Below, in pieces: positions 33,555 to 41,029 of a stretch of 64,000 bases of DNA. The DNA comes from Candidatus Bathyarchaeota archaeon (lineage in GTDB: Archaea > Thermoproteota > Bathyarchaeia > Bathyarchaeales > Bathycorpusculaceae). The DNA is taken from assembly GCA_963720565.1 (NCBI GenBank), contig CAVRFW010000006.1:1-64000 (forward strand), given 5' to 3'. The notes beneath the pieces were generated by a model, which saw nothing but the letters and a program-made list of their open reading frames with translations, had not been told where the DNA came from and did no database searches. The translations under genes and the position numbers were made by a program. Each line of letters begins with the position of its first letter. The first letter of the stretch is position 1.

Positions 33555-34529
33555 ATGACTAATCAAGAGTGGAAGTTTACTTCAAAAGATATTGCGGCAA
33601 CGCCAGATTTGTTCTTGTCAGGCCACAGAGCTTGTGCTGGATGTGTACCTGCAACGGTATTGAGGCTTGTCATGAAAGCTACCCGTGGCCCAACTATAGT
33701 AACTGAAGCTACTGGTTGCATGGAAGTTGTTTCTGCGATTTATCCGTACACATCTTGGGCTACACCATGGCTACACACTGCCTTTGAGACTGCTGCGGCA
33801 AACGCTTCTGGAATAGAAGCTGCGTTGAAGATAATGAAGAAGAAAGGCAAAGTCAAACAGGAGCATGTAGATGTTATCGCGTTTGCTGGTGATGGGGGTA
33901 CATACGATATTGGATTTCAAGCATTATCGGGCGCCGTTGAGCGTGGTCACGATTTCCTGTTCGTGCTTTATGATAATGAGGCTTATATGAACACTGGAAT
34001 CCAACGGAGCGGCGGAACCCCACATGGAGCTTCGACGACAACTACACCTGCTGGCAGAGTTGTGCCAGGAAAGTTGCAATACAAGAAGCCCATTGCAGAA
34101 ATTATGGTAGCCCATGATATGCCTTATGTAGCCACTGCTTCGCCATATTACTGGCGTGATTTGCTTACTAAGGTACGGAAGGGCTTGGAGGTTGAAGGAC
34201 CGGCGTTCTTGCATGTGCTGGCACCTTGTCCTCGTGGTTGGCGAAGTGACCCGGCCAAATCAATCGAGTACTCGAAGTTGGCGGTGGAAACTTGTGTTTT
34301 TCCGTTGTGGGAATCGGTGAACGGACAGTGTCAGTTGTCAGTTCCAAGCAGGCTTGTCGCTCTTGCGCCGCAGAAGAAAAAGCCAGTTACTGACTATTTG
34401 CGGGGGCAAGGCAGATTCAGGCACATGTTTGGACCGCAAGGCAAGAAATTGCTGGAGGAAATGCAGCTAATAACGGATGAAAAATGGCAGCGTATACTTA
34501 AGAAATGCGGAATGGAAAAACAACCATAA
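33555..34529 (+). CDS. porB: Pyruvate/2-oxoacid:ferredoxin oxidoreductase beta subunit
   Basis: GHRACAGC, TGCMEV, GDGG...DNEAYMNTG TPP motif, PCPRGW. Confidence 0.95.
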   Translation: MTNQEWKFTSKDIAATPDLFLSGHRACAGCVPATVLRLVMKATRGPTIVTEATGCMEVVSAIYPYTSWATPWLHTAFETAAANASGIEAALKIMKKKGKVKQEHVDVIAFAGDGGTYDIGFQALSGAVERGHDFLFVLYDNEAYMNTGIQRSGGTPHGASTTTTPAGRVVPGKLQYKKPIAEIMVAHDMPYVATASPYYWRDLLTKVRKGLEVEGPAFLHVLAPCPRGWRSDPAKSIEYSKLAVETCVFPLWESVNGQCQLSVPSRLVALAPQKKKPVTDYLRGQGRFRHMFGPQGKKLLEEMQLITDEKWQRILKKCGMEKQP

Positions 34530-34626
34530 CTTCTATTTTTCTTCTAAAATCAGTTGGACTGTATTCAGAGAAAAGACTGCTCGCCTTTTAGTCTGAATTG
34601 CGGACTGCGATGGTTGATTTTGTAGT

Positions 34627-34773
34627 CTAATCGTATCTTTTCAGCTTTATCATTTTGCGGTAATTCTTGAGGTCTTGTGAGACACTTCTTAGAAGGGTCA
34701 GTTCTTCCATTGTCTTTTCGAATTTTCTCATTTCTTCGTGGACTTGTCTTTGCAGCATTTCTTCTTTGTCCAT
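34627..34773 (-). CDS. Small (48 aa) charged helical protein, not in ORF track
   Basis: MDKEEMLQRQVHEEMRKFEKTMEELTLLRSVSQDLKNYRKMIKLKRYD*; SD-like GAAGGAG 6 nt before ATG. Confidence 0.65.
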   Translation of the reverse strand: MDKEEMLQRQVHEEMRKFEKTMEELTLLRSVSQDLKNYRKMIKLKRYD

Positions 34774-34937
34774 ATTGTGCTCCTTCTTAGTGATTGTTAT
34801 GTTTTGGAGGGGTCGTCATTGTTTGTTGGCTATCCAAGGGCCAATCCGTCATCGAGGAGAAAGGAGAAGGCTTCGAGAACGGAAAAATCCTATTGGCTTG
34901 TTTGGTTTAGCCTTCAACCTCAAAGTTCCCTCCGCAA

Positions 34938-34972
34938 CATCGTAAATCTTACGATGCGAGACTATTATAAAA
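34938..34972 (-). promoter_or_regulatory. TATA box with adjacent inverted-repeat operator
   Basis: Minus-strand TTTTATAA (~34965-34972) followed by perfect palindrome CATCGTAA-N3-TTACGATG (34938-34956). Confidence 0.5.
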
Positions 34973-35014
34973 GAATTATGGATTACTGCTAAACAAAGAA
35001 CTAACTGAAAGTGC

Positions 35015-35581
35015 TCAGCTTATCGCCAGAACGCCTTCCAAAATCTTCTGATCAGAAACATCTAGTTGCTTAGCCAACCACATCTTCAAAAGCGAAGACA
35101 ATTTTGGAAGCTCGCCATTATAAGTAATAACCTGATTGCCCTTGAGCGCGTCAGCCTGAAAAGTCTTTTCTGTCTCCTTAACTATAAAAGACAGATTATT
35201 AGCCTGACAAGCCAACGTTTGAAAGTCTTCCCACTGTTTACAACGCATAATCACAGACGGACTATACATCACACCAGTCTGCACCTGCGGAACCATAGTC
35301 TTTGGCTCGTTCACAACCGCAATCGGAGTCTCACTTTTGGGAGAGGTTGATAAGTAGCTAATCAGACTAGTGATCTCGTTCTGCAAACCACTTATTTTCT
35401 TCTCAACTTTCTCGACCTTGCCGCTAAGCTCTCCAGTTTGGCCTAACTGCTCTGTAACCGTGCCTAGTTCGTTTATCAGTCGGTCTAGGTCCTTCTCATG
35501 CTCTTTGAGAACATTAACTATGAAGTCTAATGCTTCCAATGCTTCATCTTTCGACTGTGGGTTCTTCGACATTAGTCCCAT
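35015..35581 (-). CDS. Hypothetical protein with N-terminal coiled coil
   Basis: 188-aa ORF, heptad-rich N-half, small alpha/beta C-domain. Confidence 0.8.
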   Translation of the reverse strand: MGLMSKNPQSKDEALEALDFIVNVLKEHEKDLDRLINELGTVTEQLGQTGELSGKVEKVEKKISGLQNEITSLISYLSTSPKSETPIAVVNEPKTMVPQVQTGVMYSPSVIMRCKQWEDFQTLACQANNLSFIVKETEKTFQADALKGNQVITYNGELPKLSSLLKMWLAKQLDVSDQKILEGVLAIS

Positions 35582-35820
35582 CTCTAACTTATAGCTAATT
35601 CAATACAGCTTACTATAAATAAACGTAGCGAATCCTCAAAACTTATCCATACGACGACACAACCATATTTATTCCCAATATGCACAACACTTGTACGGGT
35701 CGAAATGTCCTCATTTCACTCAGATTAGCTGTCTTCTGTCGTGTTCAACTGTGGCTGGGAGCTGCCCACTATCAGAAAAATACATCTGCAAACAATGCAA
35801 CTGACGTATAAACAGAGTTT

Positions 35821-36108
35821 TTAGCGTGGATTCCAAATGCACCTAATCGCATCCTGCGTGCAGGCTAAGACACATGGTGTTTTCCCGTTCTCAGGCTTGC
35901 AGGACGAGCAGACATATTTTATGTTTTTGCGATCGTGCTCCGTGACCGCTGCTACAGTCTTATCTTCAAGATCTATCAACAGGGTTACCAATTCCAAGGC
36001 TGATTTTGGACACTGGTTTACACAATTGCTGCAACCAGTGCATTTTCCAGCGTCAATTACAACGTAGTACTCGCCCGAACCGTCACTGTATCCATAATGG
36101 GTGATAAT
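35821..36108 (-). CDS. BzdM-like ferredoxin (not in ORF track; ATT start or 1-nt error)
   Basis: Manual translation: (M)ITHYGYSDGSGEYYVVIDAGKCTGCSNCVNQCP...YVCSSCKP...PCVLAC...IWNPR*; the YGY.DGSG.Y N-terminus recalls ferredoxins of bzd-type benzoyl-CoA reductase clusters. Confidence 0.85.
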   Translation of the reverse strand: MITHYGYSDGSGEYYVVIDAGKCTGCSNCVNQCPKSALELVTLLIDLEDKTVAAVTEHDRKNIKYVCSSCKPENGKTPCVLACTQDAIRCIWNPR

Positions 36109-36127
36109 AAAGCATCAATCCCTTGTC

Positions 36128-37022
36128 CTATCTTTTGTGTTCTTTCTCATATAATGCCTTGGCAAGAAGTGCTGCGCCAATGGCACCTGCAACCATTGGA
36201 TCTAATCCTTGGTCTCTCCAATTTGGCGTAGGGAGACACTTAACACCCAGAATAGTCTCTATTCTGGAAACGATTCCGATGTTCTTAGATTGCCCACCCG
36301 TGATAACCAGTTCTTTCTCGAGGCCCACCCTGTTGATGAGGTTGCCCATCCTGACTGCCATTGCACGTGTGTAGGCTGCCAAAACTTTCTCCTTAGACCA
36401 GCCTTTGCGCAGCAGTCCCACTGCCTCAGTTTTCGCGAAGGCTACACAAGTGCAGCTTACTGGAGGAGGTTCCTCGTCAACACTCAATGATACGGAACCC
36501 ATGTCTTCAATCGGGATTTTCAGCAGGTCAGCAAACACTTCCATGCCCCTACCGGTGCCGGCAGCGCACTTGTCATTCATCAGAAATGAGGTGACCCGAC
36601 CGGTCTCGTCACATCGAATCGCTTTTATGTCTTGGCCGCCAACATCCAGGACAGTTCTGACACTCGGTCCCCAAATGTAGTTCGCGCCTTTCGCGTGGCA
36701 GGCAATTTCAGTGATAGCTTTATTCGCCATAGGAACGTTAACTCTTCCATAGCCAGTTCCGACTATATACTTGAAATCGACTAGTCCTAAGATCAGTTCC
36801 TTCCATTGCCCAGCTCAGAGCTTTCTTGGCACTTTCGGGACTGTTGGATCCTGTCCGCATTATTCCCCAAGAATAAACTTCTCCGTCGATCAGTATAGCG
36901 GCCTTGGAGCCCACTGAACCGACGTCAACGCCTGCGGTGATAATTTCCTTGTTTTTCCATTTCTTATTCGAGAAGACTCGATGATATTCCTGCCATCTCC
37001 AATACTCAACATCTTCTTTCAC
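36128..37022 (-). CDS. BzdQ-like ATP-dependent activator subunit (one +1 indel at ~36788)
   Basis: EYWRWQE N-terminus, ITAGVDVGSV, RTGSNSPESA, restored GTGYGRVNVP, EIACHAKGA, DVGGQD, MNDKCAAGTGR, CVAFA. Confidence 0.88.
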
Positions 37023-37032
37023 TGGTTTTTAC

Positions 37033-37818
37033 TCATTTCTGCGACCTCTTGACTTTGTCGGCAGCTACTAAAGCTGCTCCGAGCGCTCCAGCGAATTCAG
37101 GATACGCAGGTATCAATACGTCGATACTTAGCTTTCTTTTTAATGAAGCGAGGAATCCGACGTCTTTGGCGACGCCACCCACCAGAATGACTTCAGGGTT
37201 TACTCCAAGTCTGTGAACCATGGATGAGACGCGGTCAGCCATTGCGTCAAAAACCGCGCGCGCTATCTCGGGTTTTGATTCTTGACGATGAATCAAAGTC
37301 ACAACATCCGACTCTCCGAAAATAACGCAGCTTGCGTTTATCGGGCTTGCTCGTTCCGCTTTAAGCGAAAGGGGCCCCATCTCTTCCAGTTTGACCTCTA
37401 ATGCCCTCGCCATGGCCTCGATGAACGCGCCGGCACCCGCAGCACATCGCTCATTCAGCACAAACTCCACCATAAGACCTTTGTCGTCGCATTTTACTGC
37501 TCTTGCTTCTTCTGCTCCAACGTCTATTATCGTTCGGGCTTTCGGAAACAGGAATACACCTGCTTTCGCGTCTGCACCCATCATGCTTATGGTGCTGTTT
37601 GCGTTAATTGCCAACGCCATGCCTGAACCGGTGGCAGCGACGTGATCAACATCACAGAGTGATAATTTCGCCTTTTTCAGCGCTTCCTCGAGAGCTTGCT
37701 CTGCGGCTTTTGTTGGGTCAAATCCCGAAAAAGTTTGACTACGAGAAATGACCTCTCCGTCTCTCAGGACTACAGCTTTTACGCTTTGTGTGCCTAAATC
37801 AACTCCTGCAGTTATCAT
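37033..37818 (-). CDS. BzdP-like / HgdC-family ATP-dependent activator subunit
   Basis: ITAGVDLG, ATGSG, IDVGAEEARA, LNERCAAGAG, NASCVIFGES, GALGAA. Confidence 0.88.
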   Translation of the reverse strand: MITAGVDLGTQSVKAVVLRDGEVISRSQTFSGFDPTKAAEQALEEALKKAKLSLCDVDHVAATGSGMALAINANSTISMMGADAKAGVFLFPKARTIIDVGAEEARAVKCDDKGLMVEFVLNERCAAGAGAFIEAMARALEVKLEEMGPLSLKAERASPINASCVIFGESDVVTLIHRQESKPEIARAVFDAMADRVSSMVHRLGVNPEVILVGGVAKDVGFLASLKRKLSIDVLIPAYPEFAGALGAALVAADKVKRSQK

Positions 37819-37829
37819 TGACGCAGCCT

Positions 37830-39173
37830 CTAGAAATCAATCCTTGCCGTAAGCATTTCCAAAAAAGCTTCGACTCTCGTCTTCATTTGTCCAACATCTT
37901 CTCGTGTGTACTCTGTATCCAAATAATAAACGGGCATATTAATCCGGTCTAAGACCTTCTTGACACGAGTATATTCCATTGCGTAGAGCATACAGCCGCG
38001 AACAACATAGTAAATTACTCCTTGAATATTCCACTCCTTAACCTTGTTTAGGAGCCAGTTGATTCGATCTTCGTTTCCGTCTGCAGATGTAAAGCAGGGG
38101 CATGTTGAAGCCATAAGATAACGTTCACCGATGGCGTTAAACATATCATCCATTGACCATTCATCAACGCCTACAGGATCATAGAGCAGTCTCTCGCCTG
38201 AGCATAGTTCGTCAGCAATAAGGACGCCTTGAGGAGTGGCTTCCTCGACTAAACTGGGCAGTTTCCAATTGTCAGGCCATATCATAGGTGTGCCTGTCAC
38301 CATTACCCTGGGGGTTTCTGGCGGGCACGCCCATTTCTTTTCTTGAACTAGTTTTTCAAGCTCGTCACATAGTGTTTCCGTCTTTTCAGTCCAACGTGTT
38401 ATGTCATCCCACATGTAAGTTTGATTGACAAGCATTGCGTCTCTGCCCATAATTACGGGATTGCCTTTCCTGAGATCTTGCAGTCGGCGAAAAGCTTTTG
38501 TTGCCTTTTGGGTTTTCTCTATTGCCGCTTTGAGTTTCTTAGCCGTTATCTTGTTTCCAGTTAGCGCTTCGATTTGTCCTTTGAGAGTCATTATTTCTTC
38601 TCTCCAGAAACGCATGGACTGCGCCGAATCCTTCACTCTCGGTAACGGCATAGACCAGACCGTCTGGTAGTCGCTCAGGATTTCGCCCATTTTTGTCATG
38701 CCGTCACAGGTTAGCACACTGATTAGTGCATCGCTCATTTCAAGATAAGGGGATAGGCCTATCATCTTGGCGCCTATGGTGGATCTTACAACTGGGCAGA
38801 CTTCCACGGGCACGACGCGGTCTCCGAGTTTGGAGGTGTCATACCAGCCAGAGTTGACCCGAACGGGGATGGCATCCGCAGCCAAAATCAGTTCGGTAGG
38901 GGCGAACAAGCAAGTGTAGCCGATGACTTTTTTTCCGGCTTCTTTTGCTGCGCGAATCTCTTTTTCCCGCATGCCAAAAAAGTCCGCGACCTCATCGAAG
39001 TACTGCATTGTTTCAGGACGATGTTTTGAGGTTTTTTTCATTCTGGCGATGTTTTCAGCCATGACTTTTTGGGAAGCAGCCTTGATTGATTCCCTGAGTT
39101 CGTCTATTTCTTTTTGAGAGATTTCAGGTACGTATTTTCTTTCTTGTTGTTTTTCTTGTTGTTTTTCTTTCAT
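37830..39173 (-). CDS. HgdAB-family Fe-S protein, double-cubane cluster protein (DCCP)-like
   Basis: RPETMQYFD, GYTC, VCPVVRS, TCDG, ELCSGER, TCPCFT, RGCMLYAME, ETEY-like LDTEY...GQMKTRVEAFLE; start set at MKEKQQ. Confidence 0.85.
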   Translation of the reverse strand: MKEKQQEKQQERKYVPEISQKEIDELRESIKAASQKVMAENIARMKKTSKHRPETMQYFDEVADFFGMREKEIRAAKEAGKKVIGYTCLFAPTELILAADAIPVRVNSGWYDTSKLGDRVVPVEVCPVVRSTIGAKMIGLSPYLEMSDALISVLTCDGMTKMGEILSDYQTVWSMPLPRVKDSAQSMRFWREEIMTLKGQIEALTGNKITAKKLKAAIEKTQKATKAFRRLQDLRKGNPVIMGRDAMLVNQTYMWDDITRWTEKTETLCDELEKLVQEKKWACPPETPRVMVTGTPMIWPDNWKLPSLVEEATPQGVLIADELCSGERLLYDPVGVDEWSMDDMFNAIGERYLMASTCPCFTSADGNEDRINWLLNKVKEWNIQGVIYYVVRGCMLYAMEYTRVKKVLDRINMPVYYLDTEYTREDVGQMKTRVEAFLEMLTARIDF

Positions 39174-39178
39174 CCTTC

Positions 39179-40174
39179 TCACTCGCTGTCGGTCGGCTTG
39201 AGCCAATTCCTAGATTTGAAGATTGTTTTCCTGCCCATGTTTAGTTTCAGACATCCTTCGTAGGGGCACATTTCTACGCATCGGAGGCATAACGTGCACA
39301 TTGAGGTGGTTATTTTTCCTCCTTTCTGTTCGTAAATTTCGGTTACTTGTACGGGACAGACTCTTTTGCATATTCCACATTTTGTGCATTTTTCTTCGTC
39401 TTTGTCAAGATGAAGTGCTGGAGCCCACTTGAACCCTCTAAACCTGTTTACAACGGCGATAGACGAACCAGTTGGACAGAACCTACACCAAACGCGTCTT
39501 ACCAGGAAAGATCCTGCCACAGTCAATGTAACAAAAACTACTGCCAACACTAAGCCTATAGTACCGCTAAGATCTATTGCGCTGGAGTAATCAAGTATTT
39601 CCTGGATGTAAGGATAGCTGAAATATAAACCGCCGATTTCCAACGGGCCTTTCCAAGGTACAATCAGAGTTATTATTGGCCCAAGCAAAACGCTTAGTGG
39701 TTTGAACGGTCCCGCAAGGATTAGGGCCAAAACGATCCCGAAGTCTAATGTCGGCGGAGGATCTATTGCATATAGGACAAAGGGTATAATCAGGAAAAAT
39801 AGGAATAGCACATACCTGAAATTGTGCAGGTACTTGTTTAGTTTTTCTGGGAGGTTTCGGTGGCGTATTTTGAAAAGCTTCCGGACTACTGTAATCAAGT
39901 CCATGTAGAATGCGAATGGGCAGAGCCAACCGCAGAAGAGGCGCCCTAGAACAAGCGGGATTAAGAAAATTACTCCTATCACATAGAGCAGTTGTATGGG
40001 ATTCGTGAAGATGTAGAAAATCGCGATAAAAGACACGGCCTGAACAACAAATCGTAGGTAGGTTACTTTTGTGGCGAGACCTTTTTTCCATATAAGGATA
40101 ACGAGGATCCCCGCTATGGCAATTCCTGCGAGAACGGTTATCTTGAGTATTTCCGCCAGGATTTCTATCATCAC
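39179..40174 (-). CDS. NapH/MauN-type membrane-bound polyferredoxin
   Basis: Multiple TM helices, FCGWLCP and WCRFCP motifs, two C-terminal CxxCxxCxxxCP. Confidence 0.9.
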   Translation of the reverse strand: MMIEILAEILKITVLAGIAIAGILVILIWKKGLATKVTYLRFVVQAVSFIAIFYIFTNPIQLLYVIGVIFLIPLVLGRLFCGWLCPFAFYMDLITVVRKLFKIRHRNLPEKLNKYLHNFRYVLFLFFLIIPFVLYAIDPPPTLDFGIVLALILAGPFKPLSVLLGPIITLIVPWKGPLEIGGLYFSYPYIQEILDYSSAIDLSGTIGLVLAVVFVTLTVAGSFLVRRVWCRFCPTGSSIAVVNRFRGFKWAPALHLDKDEEKCTKCGICKRVCPVQVTEIYEQKGGKITTSMCTLCLRCVEMCPYEGCLKLNMGRKTIFKSRNWLKPTDSE

Positions 40175-40184
40175 TTTTAGCCGC

Positions 40185-40877
40185 CTATGTGACCAAGATT
40201 GCGCTTATCAGAGTGCTAAATCCGAGAACCACCAAGAACACACCGCCAAGTATGGATATCCACCTTCTAAAATGTGGTGCCTTATTTAGAAGCCAGCCTG
40301 TGACTCCGGCTACAATCAGCATTGGAGACAGAGCTGTGCCTATTCCGAACAGTATGGCTACGATGAGACTGTCAAACTGAGTTGCAAATGCTGTAGAGTA
40401 AGTGACCAGGAGCAGTAGTAATGGTGGACATACAATTAGACCTCTGCTTAGACCAAGCGAGAAAGCGTGTAAATCGAATTTTCGGTTAGTACTGTTCAAT
40501 GTTAAGTTTGTCTTGCCCGTTGGGACGCAATTGTCGCAGGAATGCAATGTTTGTCTGCTCTTGAGTAGTATGTTAACGCCGATTGCGATTGTAACAAAGG
40601 CGAAGGCAAAGGAAGAGTATGTTTGGAATGAAGAGAGAATTTGATCGCTCAAGATAATTTTAAACAAGCCAATTGCTGCACCAATGAGCGCATAAGCTGT
40701 CACGCGACCTGAATTATATAAAAGTGTTACAAATATTCCCTCCCGGAACCCAGCTCCTATGCCTGCAATATAACTTGCTAGGTATGGCAAACATGCTGAG
40801 GTACAGAATACGAATCCATACGAAAGCCCTACTGCAAAAGCGGCAATATACGGATTTGTGATTCCAAGCAGGGACAT
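40185..40877 (-). CDS. DsbD_2 / TauE-SafE-like membrane protein
   Basis: About six TM helices, CTSACLP, YNSGRVTAY, loop HSCDNC, GLIVCPP, LFGIGT. Confidence 0.82.
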   Translation of the reverse strand: MSLLGITNPYIAAFAVGLSYGFVFCTSACLPYLASYIAGIGAGFREGIFVTLLYNSGRVTAYALIGAAIGLFKIILSDQILSSFQTYSSFAFAFVTIAIGVNILLKSRQTLHSCDNCVPTGKTNLTLNSTNRKFDLHAFSLGLSRGLIVCPPLLLLLVTYSTAFATQFDSLIVAILFGIGTALSPMLIVAGVTGWLLNKAPHFRRWISILGGVFLVVLGFSTLISAILVT

Positions 40878-41029
40878 TGGTTGTGTCTCTTTTGATTTTT
40901 GGTTAAAGGAAATAGATAAGAGAGCATTTAAAGCTTACACAATATAGCACAATTTACGGATTCAAAGGATTACAAGCTCTTGACAAATATTCTTCTGCAC
41001 AGGGGTTCAGTGTGAGACCCATTCTCTCT

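Noticed and set aside
34667..34992. Plus-strand 92-aa and 84-aa ORFs
   Set aside because: No motifs or RBS; the minus-strand 48-aa ORF has SD, promoter and a more protein-like composition
39140..39170. Short tandem repeat encoding EKQQEKQQE
   Set aside because: In-frame low-complexity N-terminal linker
36128..39173. Calling the cluster a canonical benzoyl-CoA reductase or 2-hydroxyacyl-CoA dehydratase
   Set aside because: Only one catalytic subunit, with a DCCP-like Cys pattern, and no pathway genes nearby
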